64,000 nt of DNA. It comes from an uncultured Gemmatimonadales bacterium (GTDB lineage Bacteria; Gemmatimonadota; Gemmatimonadetes; Gemmatimonadales; GWC2-71-9). Shown in pieces: positions 23,316 to 33,270 of this stretch. The translations under genes were made by a program, and so were the position numbers. The stretch lies in assembly GCA_963739455.1 (NCBI GenBank), contig CAVUAK010000001.1, positions 1,696,001 through 1,760,000 of the forward strand. The letters are read 5' to 3'. Every line of letters starts with the position of its first letter. Position 1 is the first letter of the stretch. Below the pieces are notes generated by a model, which saw only the letters and a program-made list of their open reading frames with translations, did not search any database and was not told the DNA's origin.

Positions 23316-25547
23316 TCAAACCCCCAGATTCATCTTCCGCAGCAGTGCCTTGAATCTCGGCTGTTCCCGCAATGGCGCGAACAGGAACGAGCCCTTGATC
23401 CCGTACATGCCGCCCGCGCGCTCATCGAAGGCTTGCTCCAGGAGGCCGATCGCCGCATCGGTTTCGCCGAGTCCGGTCTGGACGTACGCCAGGTGCACCG
23501 GCGACACATACCTGCTCCGCGAAAGCTCCTCGAGCTTTTGAAGTATCGCCTTGGCCTCGGACACCATTCCCAGCGAAGCGAGCGCCTGACCCAGCTGTGC
23601 GAGGAAGAGGGTCTCACCTGGTGAGATCGCCACCGCCTTCCGCAGGGCTGCGATACCAGGGTCGTTCATCCCCAGCTTGAGGCAGGCCCAGGCAAGGGTC
23701 GCATGCCCCCTCGCAAAATTGGGATCGAATTCGACCACCGTCGCCGCCACCAAGCGGGCTTCCTCGTAGCGCCCGCGACGGAGGAGGAGGGTGGCGCGAT
23801 CGGACCCCCTCACCATCGGATCCAGTTCGCGGGCCCGCTCAAGCAGCGTGAACGCCTCGTCGTAGCGCTCCAGCGCCATGCACAGCTGCCCGTAGAAATC
23901 GCAGGTCGACGCATTGCCCGGATCCAGCTCCAGCGCCCGCTGGAATTCCTGCTCGGCTCCCACCCAGTCGAAGTCGCTCATGAACTTGAGGAGGGCCAGC
24001 ATGCAATGCGCGTCCGCGAGCCCGCTATCGAGTTCCAGGGCCTTCGCGACCGCGACCTTCGCCCGCCGGTAAGCCGTATCCGGCTTGATCGCAGCAGCGC
24101 CGAGGCGCCCCAGTTCAGCGTAAGCCTGCGCGATGCCCGCATAGGCCAGCGCGTAATTGGGGTCGCGCTCGATTGCCTGCTCGAAGAACTCGATGCCCTT
24201 GAGGCTGCCCTCCTCCGTATCCCGGATCAGGCAGTGCCGTCCCCGCAGGTAGAGCTGGTACGCTTCCATGTCGCTCGTCGGCGCCTTCCGTATCCGCGAC
24301 CGCTCCGCAGGATCGAGTTCCGCCTTGAGTGCCGCCGCGATGTGCAGCGCCACGTCGGTCTGGATCGCGAATATGTCGGTCAGCTGGCGGTCATACGTCT
24401 CGGCCCAGAGGTGCTGGTCGGTGGCGACATCGATCAACTGTGCCACGATGCGTACCCGGTCACCCGCCCGGCGGACGCTGCCCTCGAGGATGGTCGTGAC
24501 CTCCAGCATGCCGCCGATGTCGCGCAGGCTCTTCTCCCGGTTCTTGAACTGCATCACGGACGTGCGCGAGATGACCTTGAGCGCCCGGATCTTCGACAGG
24601 TGGGCAATCACGTCCTCCGTGATTCCATCGGCGAAGTACTCGTTCTCCGGGTCGGGGCTGAGGTTGCGGAATGGCAGCACGGCGACCGAGCGCTCCACTC
24701 CCTTGGCCGCCACGCTCATCACGAGCGCCTCGGCGAAGGCGGTCGCCGACGCAAAGCGGTCGGCTGGCGCCTTTGCGAGCGCCTTCACCAGCGCATGCTC
24801 GATGTCGATGGAGACGCCGGTGCGAAGCGGGCGCACGCTCGGCACCGGATCGATGACGTGGCGCGTGATGATCGCCGCCGCCGTAGTGCCGGTGAACGGT
24901 GGCGCGCCGGTGAGCATCTCGTGCAGCACGCACGCGAGGCTGTACACGTCGCTCCGCGCGTCGAGATCGCGCTCTCCAGTCGCCTGCTCGGGACTCATGT
25001 ACTCCGGTGTGCCCACCACCAGCCCGGTCTCGGTGAGGCGCTGCGCCGGCGACGCGCCCGCTGCGAGGGCAATGCCGAAGTCGGCGACCATTGCCTCGCC
25101 TTCGTACAGCAGGATGTTCTCCGGCTTGATGTCGCGGTGAATGACCTGTCGCGCGTGCGCGTGCGACAGGGCCGAGGCCACCTGTCGCGTGATGCGAACG
25201 GCCTCATCGATGGGGAGCTGTGTCTCGCGCCGGAGGCGATGGCGAAGCGATTCACCCTGGACGTACGGCATGACATAGAAGAGGAAGCCTCCGGCTTCCC
25301 CTGAGTCGTGCAGTGCGAGTATGTGCGGATGGTTGAGCTGGGCAGCAATGGCCACTTCCCGGTCGAAGCGGTCCGGGCCGAGCATGGAGGCGAGCTCCGG
25401 ACGGAGCACCTTGAGCGCCACCTGGCGATGATGCTTCAGGTCGTCGGCGAGGTAGACGGTGGCCGCGCCGCCCCGCCCCAGTTCGCGCTCCAGGCTATAG
25501 CGGCCGGCAAGAGCCGCCTGAAGACTCTCGAACTGGCCAGATTGCAT
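23316..25547 (-). CDS. Serine/threonine protein kinase with TolB-like and TPR domains
   Basis: LGRGG, VALK, HRDIKPEN, DFG, GTPEYMSPE, SVAVLPF, TPR repeats. Confidence 0.92.
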   Translation of the reverse strand: MQSGQFESLQAALAGRYSLERELGRGGAATVYLADDLKHHRQVALKVLRPELASMLGPDRFDREVAIAAQLNHPHILALHDSGEAGGFLFYVMPYVQGESLRHRLRRETQLPIDEAVRITRQVASALSHAHARQVIHRDIKPENILLYEGEAMVADFGIALAAGASPAQRLTETGLVVGTPEYMSPEQATGERDLDARSDVYSLACVLHEMLTGAPPFTGTTAAAIITRHVIDPVPSVRPLRTGVSIDIEHALVKALAKAPADRFASATAFAEALVMSVAAKGVERSVAVLPFRNLSPDPENEYFADGITEDVIAHLSKIRALKVISRTSVMQFKNREKSLRDIGGMLEVTTILEGSVRRAGDRVRIVAQLIDVATDQHLWAETYDRQLTDIFAIQTDVALHIAAALKAELDPAERSRIRKAPTSDMEAYQLYLRGRHCLIRDTEEGSLKGIEFFEQAIERDPNYALAYAGIAQAYAELGRLGAAAIKPDTAYRRAKVAVAKALELDSGLADAHCMLALLKFMSDFDWVGAEQEFQRALELDPGNASTCDFYGQLCMALERYDEAFTLLERARELDPMVRGSDRATLLLRRGRYEEARLVAATVVEFDPNFARGHATLAWACLKLGMNDPGIAALRKAVAISPGETLFLAQLGQALASLGMVSEAKAILQKLEELSRSRYVSPVHLAYVQTGLGETDAAIGLLEQAFDERAGGMYGIKGSFLFAPLREQPRFKALLRKMNLGV

Positions 25548-25550
25548 GCC

Positions 25551-27845
25551 CTAGCCTACCGTCTTCACCGGCGCCCGGTCTTCCGGCTTTGTGAGCTGGT
25601 CACCCACCGGCAAGCTCCTGATCCGTCGCCCCGTGGCAGCGAAGATTGCGTTGCTGAGGGCAGGGGCCACCGGCGGAACGCCCGGCTCGCCGATGCCGCC
25701 GGGCTTCCCCTCGGACTGGACGAGGTGCACCCGGATGTCGCGCGGTGCCACGTTCATCCGCGTCACTCGATAATTGTTGAAGTTCGTTTGCACCGGCCGA
25801 CCCTCACGGAAGGTGATCTCGCCATACAGTGCGTTGCTGAGGCCCATGATGGTGGCGCCCTCGAACTGCGCCCTCACTCGATCCGGGTTGGCGATGAGTC
25901 CGCCATCGGCGGCCACATCGACCCGTGGGATGGACAGGCTGCCGTCAGGCTTCGACTCCACCTCGATCACCATCGCCACGTAGCTCAGGAAGCTTCGATG
26001 CACCGCAAGGCCGCGCCCTCGTCCCGCCGGCAACGGCTGCCCCCAGCCCGCCTCGTTCGTCACCAGGTCCACTACCCGCCGAAGCCGCCCGGTGTCGAGC
26101 GGATGTGTCTCGAAGCTGTCGCCGTAGTTCCACGGCTTTCCGGTGAGCCCCGCCTTGCTCATGTCCACGATGCGGTCGGGGCCCAGCAGCTCCAGCAGGA
26201 ACTCGCGCGGGTCCCTTCCCGCGGCATGTGCCAGTTCGTCAATGAACGATCCGATGGCGAAGGCATGCGGGATGTTGATCACCGAACGGTACCAGCCGAT
26301 ACGGGCGTGGGCCGGCGCCGGTCCCATCTCCGCCTGGTAGTTGGGTACCGCATAGGGAAAGTCCGTCATTCCCTGGCCCACTTCCCACTCGGCCTGGTAG
26401 AGCACGTCGGGTGCGAACAGCGTACCGATCGATGGCAGCGCCGATCGCTGCAGCCACGACGTCACCCGGCCGTTGGCGTCGATACCACCCTCCAGGTGCT
26501 CCGCAGCCACCGTATGATAGAAGTCGTGCTGGATGTCATCTTCCCGCGTCCAGACGACCTTCACCGGTGCGCCCATTTCCTTCGCCAGTAGCGCGGCCTC
26601 GACGACATAATCGGGCTTCGACTTCCGTCCGAAGCCGCCACCCAGCAGCGTTACATACGACGTCACGTTCTCCACCGGAATGCCCAGCGCCTTGGCTACC
26701 GTCTCGCGCGTCGCCCCCGGATTCTGGGTGCAGGACCAGGTGTCGCAGCGGCCATCCTCGAACACGGCAAGCGCGGCGGGCGGCTCCATCGAGGCGTGGG
26801 CCAGGTGCGGCAGGTAGTAGTCAGCGGCGATGCGTGTCCGGGCTGTACCGAGCGCGCGGCCGGTGTTTCCCTGGGCGCGTACCACCTTGCCAGGCTTGCG
26901 AACTGCCTTCTCCAACTGCACGCGATACTGTTCCGAGTCGTAGCTCTCATTGGGCCCGTCGGCCCACGTGATCTTGAGCTTCCGCCGCCCCTGCATTGCT
27001 GCCCAGGTGTTCGTCGCCACCACCGCCACGCCACCCAGTGCCTGAAATGCAGTGGGCGGGCTCGCCTCCGGCAGGCGGACGATACGCTCCACGCCCGGCA
27101 CTTTCTCCGCTTCACTCGAGTCGAGTGTCGCCACCTTGCCGCCATACACCGGCGGTCGTGCGACCACGGCGATCTTCATCCCGTCACGCCGGAGATCCTG
27201 CCCGAACATCGCCTTGCCCGTCGTCATGTCGTGCAGGTCCAGGCTCGGCACATCCTTGCCGATGTAGCGGAATTGCGACGCGTGCTTGAGCTTGAGGGAT
27301 GCAACGGCTGGAATCGGCAGGGTGGAAGCGGTTGCCACCAGCTTGCCGAAGGGCAACGAGCGCCGGCTGGCCGAGTGGATGACGCGCCCGTTCTGCGCCT
27401 CGACTTCCGCTGCTGGTACACCCCACTCCTGGGCGGCCGCTGCCTCCAGCAGCGCGCGCACGGTGGCGCCAGCTTCCCGGTACTTCGGCAGGAAGTCGCG
27501 GATGCTGGTCGACCCGTCGGTGTTCTGCGATCCGTACTTCTTCTCGTCGCCCGGCGCCTGGACGATCGTCACGTCCTTCCAGTCGGCCTCCATCTCGTCG
27601 GCCACGATCATCGCCAGCGTCGTCCGGATGCCCTGGCCCATTTCGGAACGGGGACAGACGATGGTCACCGTGCCCGATGGGTCGAGCCGCACGTACACCA
27701 CCGGCTCGAACGGATCACCCGCCGGTGCGGTCGGGTTCCGTGCCTCTTCACTGAGGCGCCGGCACCCGGTACCGGTGATCGCAATGACGAGGCTGCCGAG
27801 CGCGGCCGCCCTCACGAAATCGCGGCGGGGCAGCAACTCGCTCAT
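25551..27845 (-). CDS. Xanthine dehydrogenase family molybdopterin subunit (isoquinoline 1-oxidoreductase beta-like), Tat signal
   Basis: [37 protein letters not shown]. Confidence 0.9.
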   Translation of the reverse strand: MSELLPRRDFVRAAALGSLVIAITGTGCRRLSEEARNPTAPAGDPFEPVVYVRLDPSGTVTIVCPRSEMGQGIRTTLAMIVADEMEADWKDVTIVQAPGDEKKYGSQNTDGSTSIRDFLPKYREAGATVRALLEAAAAQEWGVPAAEVEAQNGRVIHSASRRSLPFGKLVATASTLPIPAVASLKLKHASQFRYIGKDVPSLDLHDMTTGKAMFGQDLRRDGMKIAVVARPPVYGGKVATLDSSEAEKVPGVERIVRLPEASPPTAFQALGGVAVVATNTWAAMQGRRKLKITWADGPNESYDSEQYRVQLEKAVRKPGKVVRAQGNTGRALGTARTRIAADYYLPHLAHASMEPPAALAVFEDGRCDTWSCTQNPGATRETVAKALGIPVENVTSYVTLLGGGFGRKSKPDYVVEAALLAKEMGAPVKVVWTREDDIQHDFYHTVAAEHLEGGIDANGRVTSWLQRSALPSIGTLFAPDVLYQAEWEVGQGMTDFPYAVPNYQAEMGPAPAHARIGWYRSVINIPHAFAIGSFIDELAHAAGRDPREFLLELLGPDRIVDMSKAGLTGKPWNYGDSFETHPLDTGRLRRVVDLVTNEAGWGQPLPAGRGRGLAVHRSFLSYVAMVIEVESKPDGSLSIPRVDVAADGGLIANPDRVRAQFEGATIMGLSNALYGEITFREGRPVQTNFNNYRVTRMNVAPRDIRVHLVQSEGKPGGIGEPGVPPVAPALSNAIFAATGRRIRSLPVGDQLTKPEDRAPVKTVG

Positions 27846-28297
27846 GACGTGCCACCCTTTGCTGCAGCGTGAATGGCGGAACGGATCCGCACATAGGTGC
27901 CGCAGCGGCAGATGTTCCCCTGCATGGCAGTATCGATTTCGTCGTCAGTCGGGTGGGGTGTGGACTCGAGAAGGGCTACCGCCTGCATGATCTGGCCGCT
28001 CTGGCAGTAACCGCACTGCGGGACGTTGGCGGCGCGCCACGCCACCTGGACGGGGTGGTTGCCGTTCGCGTCAAGGCCCTCGATAGTGACGATATGCTTG
28101 CCCTCGAGCACCTGCATCGGCGTCGAGCACGAGCGGACGGCCGTGCCCTCGAGGTGCACGGTGCAGGCCCCGCACGCACCGATGCCGCACCCGAACTTGG
28201 TGCCAGTGAGTCCGAGTTCGTCGCGAAGGTACCACAGGAGGGGCATGGCAACGTCGCCGTCGAAGGTGCGGCGTTCGCCATTGATGAACAGTTGCAT
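27842..28297 (-). CDS. 2Fe-2S subunit (isoquinoline 1-oxidoreductase alpha-like)
   Basis: [32 protein letters not shown]. Confidence 0.92.
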   Translation of the reverse strand: MQLFINGERRTFDGDVAMPLLWYLRDELGLTGTKFGCGIGACGACTVHLEGTAVRSCSTPMQVLEGKHIVTIEGLDANGNHPVQVAWRAANVPQCGYCQSGQIMQAVALLESTPHPTDDEIDTAMQGNICRCGTYVRIRSAIHAAAKGGTS

Positions 28298-28364
28298 GCG
28301 GAATCTCCAGCCGGGTTGTCACGTTGCCACCCGGCTGGAAGATATCCGCCTTACAGCATGCAGG

Positions 28365-28733
28365 TCAGTAGCCGCTGCCGACCGTCAACTGGGACTTGGT
28401 CGCACCCAGCACATCCTTTGGCAGGACGTTCGACAGCTGGTCAATCGACTTGTACGGCCGGCCCTTGATGATCTTGTCGGCGTAGGGCTTGAGGCCCGGG
28501 ATCGACTCGAGCTGGGCCTGCGTGGCGGTATTCACGTCCACGCTCGCGAGCTGCCCCGCCTTCTTCATTGCGGTGTCGCTCATGGCGCCCTGCTTCATCG
28601 CGCTATCGCCCATCGCGCCGCCGTGCTTCATGGCGCTGTCCGCCTTGGGTGGGGTCGCTGGAACAGTCTGGGCCGAAGCCACGGCCGCGCCGCCAAGCAT
28701 CATCAGTGCAGCGGCGATCATTACCTTGCGCAT
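28365..28733 (-). CDS. Secreted ComEA-like helix-hairpin-helix protein with Met-rich repeats
   Basis: Signal peptide, VDVNTATQAQLESIPGL..KIIKGRPY; DSAMK repeats. Confidence 0.75.
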   Translation of the reverse strand: MRKVMIAAALMMLGGAAVASAQTVPATPPKADSAMKHGGAMGDSAMKQGAMSDTAMKKAGQLASVDVNTATQAQLESIPGLKPYADKIIKGRPYKSIDQLSNVLPKDVLGATKSQLTVGSGY

Positions 28734-28772
28734 GTTTCTCTCCTCGGCGCAGCGCGCCGATTGGTGTCAAAG

Positions 28773-28875
28773 AAAAAAGGCGCATGCCGGACCCGATGGG
28801 TCCTGGAATACGCCTTCACGATCGGAGGCAGCTTCCCCCCGGCAGTAAGGTGGCGCGAGTTGTGTCCTCGAGCCG
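28773..28875 (-). ncRNA. Putative structured RNA or attenuator, copy B
   Basis: CTGCGC-N17-TAGACT promoter, two hairpins, terminator GAAGGCGTAT..ATGCGCCTTTTTT. Confidence 0.4.
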
Positions 28876-29094
28876 CACTCAGTCTACACACCCGCAACTC
28901 CAGGCGCAGTGACTGTCATCACAAGCACCTGCACTAGTCAGGTCAACTCAACTCATCCACTATCTACTCCACCGCGGACGGGATGATTCGGGGCTGGCCC
29001 CGGCGGTCCGGGACGGCAATCTTCTGGCTCCATCTTCATCGCTCCACCTCGGGAGATCAGTCGTGATCAAGGAGACTCAACTCTGCTGACCGTC

Positions 29095-32007
29095 ATGCGC
29101 GGTCCTCGAGCCCGCATGGTGGCGCGCTGGACGGCGGTGACCTGCGCAGCCATCGGCGGTCTGGTGACGCTGGGCTGGGTGTTGGGCGTCGTCGAGCTGG
29201 TGAGTGTCGTCGAGGGCTACCCGCCGGTGCACATGAACGCCGCGGTGGCGCTGCTCGCCGCGGGTGCAGGTGTGTACGGAATCGCGGAGGCCCGCCGGGG
29301 CTGGATCCTGCTCGGGGCGCTCGTCACCCTCCTTGTCGGCGGGGTGACCCTGTTCCAGTACATGGCCGGCGTCGACCTCGGCGTCGACCGGCTGCTCCTG
29401 TCTGATCCCTCCGCGTTCGAGATTCGCCCCGAGTACTCCGGGCGCATGGCTGCCTCCACCGCGCTGGGGTTTGTGCTCGTCGGTGCAGCATTCCTGACGC
29501 TCCTGTATGCGCGAGCCGAGGATGCGGCGCGCAGTATCATCGGGACGGTTGGCCTCACCTTGCTCGCCCTGTCCGTCGTCACGCTCCTCTCGTACAGCAC
29601 CGGCGTCCTCAGCGACCTGCGATTCGGTGCGGTGACCGGCGTCGCCATCCCCAGCGCGGTGGCGTTTCTGGGGATCGGTGCGACCCTGGTCGCGTTTGCG
29701 TGGGAGCGGAACCGACCGGCACTGCTGCCGGCCTGGGTGCCGCTGGCAGCGGGCGTGGCGACGCTCTGCACCACGCTTGTCGTGACCCGTGCGGTCACGA
29801 GCCAGGAGGAGATGCGCGGGCGCCGCCAGGTGCAGGCCATCGCAGGGACGGCCAGCGCCGAGATCTCCGCCGAACTGCAGACGACGCTCAAGCTCGTCGC
29901 ACGAGTCGCAGCATTTTCAGCCGACCAGGATCCCGTGATCCGGTCGGACTGGGCGACTGCCATGCTCAGGGTGATGGAAGACAATCACGACATCAAGCGC
30001 ATCGTCTGGCTCGACTCGGCGTGGGCTCAGCGGGCCGCCGTCGGCGTGGACGCGGCCCCGGTGGACTCAGCCACCCTGCTGCGGCTGCTCGGCGACGAGG
30101 CCTCGCGCGGTGCCGCCGGTGGGCGCGCGCCGGTTGGCATCGTGGAGGTGGCCGGCCGCGGCCCCGGCACCATGCTGCTCGCTGGGGCGCCGGCCTGCAA
30201 CGACGACCGGTGTCAGGGCGTCATGCTTGTCTTCGTCGATGGAGCCCGACTCGCCGGCGAGGCGCTGACGCTCTACCCCAAGGAATACGGTGTTCGCGTG
30301 CGCGGCCTGGCGCGCGACCTGTACCGCACCGACACACCCCAGACGGGTGTCGCCTGGTTCGCGACAGATACGGTGCATGTGGGTGGACTTCGCTGGAGTG
30401 TCAGCGCCTGGCCGACCAGTTCGGTGCAGGGGCTCTATCGCTCCGACCTGCGCGAGGTCATTGCCGTCCTTGGCGTCATCGTTGCCGTCCTCGTAAGCCT
30501 TCTCCTGCGCCTGCTGCACTTCACCCAGGCCGCTGCACGCACCGTGGAGCGGGAACGACTGCAGCAGGCCCTCGACAGTTCGACCGACGGGCTATGGGAA
30601 CAGGATCTCGACACCGGCGAGTCGCACCGGAGTGAGGGCGTCTGGCGCGGTCTGGGGTATGACCCCCATACGCTTACGCCACGAGGCGCCACTGCAGTCT
30701 GGAACAGCCTCGTCCACCCGGAGGACCGTGCCCGTGTGCAACGCGCACTCGAGGAGCATCTTGCCGGACGCACCGAGACCCTCGATGTCGAGGCCCGCCT
30801 GCAGGCCAGGGATGGGGAGTGGCACTGGATCGTCGAGCGGGGCCGCGTCGTGGAACGTGCACCCGACGGCCGACCCATCCGCATGCTGGGCGCCATTGCC
30901 GACGTCACCGAGCGCAAGCATGCGGTGCAGGCGCTGGCGGCGAGCGAGCGGCGCTTCCGGGCCATGTTCGACGGCGGCGTGCAGCTCAAGACGCTGCTCG
31001 ACCTCGACTGCACCTGTCTCGAGGCCAACCGGGTCGCCCTCGATTTCGCGGGCATCTCGCTCGCCGAGATGCGTGGCAAGGTCATCTGGGAGACGCCATC
31101 CTGGGCCGGCTCGCCGGTGCGGGTCGAGCGGCTCCGGAAGGCCTGTGACGAGGCCAAGCTGGGGAAGATTGTGCAGTACCAGGAAGAGCTGGACGGCCCC
31201 GACGGTCGCCGGGCCACGATCGAGTTTTCCATCAAGCCCATCCTGGGCGACGAGGGCCAGGTCATCCAGCTCCTCGCCGAGGGTCGCGATGTCACCGAAC
31301 GGAAGCAGGTGGAGGCGACGTTGAGGGAACTGGAGTCGATCTCCACCATGGGGCGCCTCGCCGCCAAGGTGGCGCACGAGATCAACAACCCGCTGGCGGG
31401 TATCCAGAACTCGTTCCTGCTCGTCAAGGACGCGATCCCGGAAACGCATCCGTACTTCCGGTACGTCGGCGCCATCGAGCGCGAGATCGGGCGCATTGCC
31501 GGCATCACCCGCCAGCTGTACGAGACGTACCGGCCCGAGCCCGAAGCGTCGAATGCCTCGATCGGGACCATCATCGCCGACGCGGTCGCCATGATCCAGC
31601 AGATCAACCGCAGCTCCAGCGTCACCGTCGAGGTCGACACCACCGGCTCGCCCGGAATCGTGGGCGTGCCCGCCGGCCTGTTGCGCCAGGCCATTTACAA
31701 CCTGGTACAGAACGCCATCGATGCGTCACCAGAGCATGGCCGCGTGCAGGTGCGGGCCTGGCAGGAGAACCAGTCGTTCCTCCTGTCGGTCAGCGACCGC
31801 GGCCCCGGCGTTCCCGCGGCCCAGCGAGAACTCATTTTCGAGCCGTTCACGACGTCGAAGACCGGCGTCAGCAACAGCGGCATGGGACTGGGCCTCGCCC
31901 TCGTCCGCCGTTCGGTGCTGGCGCTCGGTGGAACGATCAAGGTCACCGACGCCGAGGGTGGCGGCGCGGTGTTTACGATATGCGTGCCCCTCAAGCCGGC
32001 CGCCTGA
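29095..32007 (+). CDS. Multi-TM sensor histidine kinase with two PAS domains
   Basis: About 8 TM helices, VHPEDR, DVTERK x2, AHEINNPL, NAIDA/DRGPG/GLGL. Confidence 0.92.
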   Translation: MRGPRARMVARWTAVTCAAIGGLVTLGWVLGVVELVSVVEGYPPVHMNAAVALLAAGAGVYGIAEARRGWILLGALVTLLVGGVTLFQYMAGVDLGVDRLLLSDPSAFEIRPEYSGRMAASTALGFVLVGAAFLTLLYARAEDAARSIIGTVGLTLLALSVVTLLSYSTGVLSDLRFGAVTGVAIPSAVAFLGIGATLVAFAWERNRPALLPAWVPLAAGVATLCTTLVVTRAVTSQEEMRGRRQVQAIAGTASAEISAELQTTLKLVARVAAFSADQDPVIRSDWATAMLRVMEDNHDIKRIVWLDSAWAQRAAVGVDAAPVDSATLLRLLGDEASRGAAGGRAPVGIVEVAGRGPGTMLLAGAPACNDDRCQGVMLVFVDGARLAGEALTLYPKEYGVRVRGLARDLYRTDTPQTGVAWFATDTVHVGGLRWSVSAWPTSSVQGLYRSDLREVIAVLGVIVAVLVSLLLRLLHFTQAAARTVERERLQQALDSSTDGLWEQDLDTGESHRSEGVWRGLGYDPHTLTPRGATAVWNSLVHPEDRARVQRALEEHLAGRTETLDVEARLQARDGEWHWIVERGRVVERAPDGRPIRMLGAIADVTERKHAVQALAASERRFRAMFDGGVQLKTLLDLDCTCLEANRVALDFAGISLAEMRGKVIWETPSWAGSPVRVERLRKACDEAKLGKIVQYQEELDGPDGRRATIEFSIKPILGDEGQVIQLLAEGRDVTERKQVEATLRELESISTMGRLAAKVAHEINNPLAGIQNSFLLVKDAIPETHPYFRYVGAIEREIGRIAGITRQLYETYRPEPEASNASIGTIIADAVAMIQQINRSSSVTVEVDTTGSPGIVGVPAGLLRQAIYNLVQNAIDASPEHGRVQVRAWQENQSFLLSVSDRGPGVPAAQRELIFEPFTTSKTGVSNSGMGLGLALVRRSVLALGGTIKVTDAEGGGAVFTICVPLKPAA

Positions 32008-32027
32008 CCATGGGAAGGGAACAAGGC

Positions 32028-32745
32028 ATGGACGCTGCAAGGATCCTGCTCGCCGACGATGAGGCCACCTTCCTGGCCGCCACCGCCGACCTGCTGCGCC
32101 GCGAGGGGTACCACTGTGATGAGGTGGGAGACGCGGCGTCGGCCATCGCTCGCGTCGACCGAAGGACAGTACGACCTGCTGATCACCGACCTTGAAATGC
32201 CCGGCAACGCCGACCTGCAGCTGGTGCGCGATGTCAGCGAGAGGAGCGGTGGCCTGCCGGTCATCATCCTTACCGGCTATCCCTCGGTGCGCTCGGCGGT
32301 GGCATCCATCGAGTTGCCGGTGGCGGCCTACCTCACCAAGCCGGTGAGCTTTCCGCTCCTGCTGGAAAAGGTGCAGAAGGCGGTGGCCCGCTTCCGCTCC
32401 TACCAGGTCATGCATCGCACCGAGGATCGGCTGCGCCGCATGCGCCAGGAAATCGGCGAGGCCCAGAGCGTGGCCCAGGATGGCAACGCCGTCGACGTCT
32501 TCCTGGCGCTCACGCTCCGCAACGTCATGGGCTCGCTGACCGACCTGCAGCAGCTGAGCCGCGCCCTCAACAGCGCGCCGTCTGACCAGACGCCGTGCCA
32601 GCTGCTCAACTGTCCGCGGGGATTGCAGCTGCAGCAGGCGGTGAAGGACACCGTGGATGTGCTGGAGGAAACCAAGGGCGCCTTCAAGTCCAAGACGCTG
32701 GCGGACCTTCGCCGGCGGCTGGAACTGTTGCTCGAACATGTATGA
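32028..32745 (+). CDS. Response regulator with unrecognised C-terminal output domain (frameshift near 32160)
   Basis: ILLADDE, ITDLEMPG, LTGYPS, YLTKP; no HTH in C-terminus. Confidence 0.8.
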
Positions 32746-32825
32746 TGCGGCGTGATGCATATCACGCGGCGCGACTGTGACAGTGCAGGCTCTTGCGCAC
32801 GAAGCGGAGGGTCTTAGGTTGAAAA

Positions 32826-32942
32826 CTGCAGGGAGGCAACGAGCTGTGCTGGTGGCAGCTACCTTGAACGGGCGAACGATGTCGGTTCGCCAGTCGAAGG
32901 CGCATGGTGGATCGGCTCCAGTCGATCCCGTGTGCCTTTTTT
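32826..32942 (+). ncRNA. Putative structured RNA or attenuator, copy A
   Basis: TTGCGC-N16-TAGGTT promoter, two hairpins, terminator GAAGGCGCAT..GTGTGCCTTTTTT. Confidence 0.45.
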
Positions 32943-33045
32943 CGTTTCGGCGCCCCTGCCGCCGGTGATGGGCATAGATCTGGGCCGGCTCCGGCCGGCC
33001 CACCGATATCTCTCGCGGCCTCGCCGCGTACCATTGGAGGATGCA

Positions 33046-33270
33046 ATGAACTGGGATGAGATCAAGGGCTCATGGAAGGAACTGCGCGGCCGTGTCCGGG
33101 AGCAGTGGGGCCAGCTGACCGATGACGACGTGGACATCATCGCGGGCCGGCGGGATCGCCTCGTCGGCATGATCCAGCAGCGGTACGGCACCCTCAAGGA
33201 AGAGGCAGACTCGCAGGTAGTCGCGTTCGAGCGACGCCTGGCCGATATCCACAGTCCGGTCAATTCGTGA
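33046..33270 (+). CDS. CsbD family stress protein
   Basis: MNWDEIKGSWKELRGRVREQWGQLTDDD..IQQRYG; GGAGG SD. Confidence 0.9.
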   Translation: MNWDEIKGSWKELRGRVREQWGQLTDDDVDIIAGRRDRLVGMIQQRYGTLKEEADSQVVAFERRLADIHSPVNS

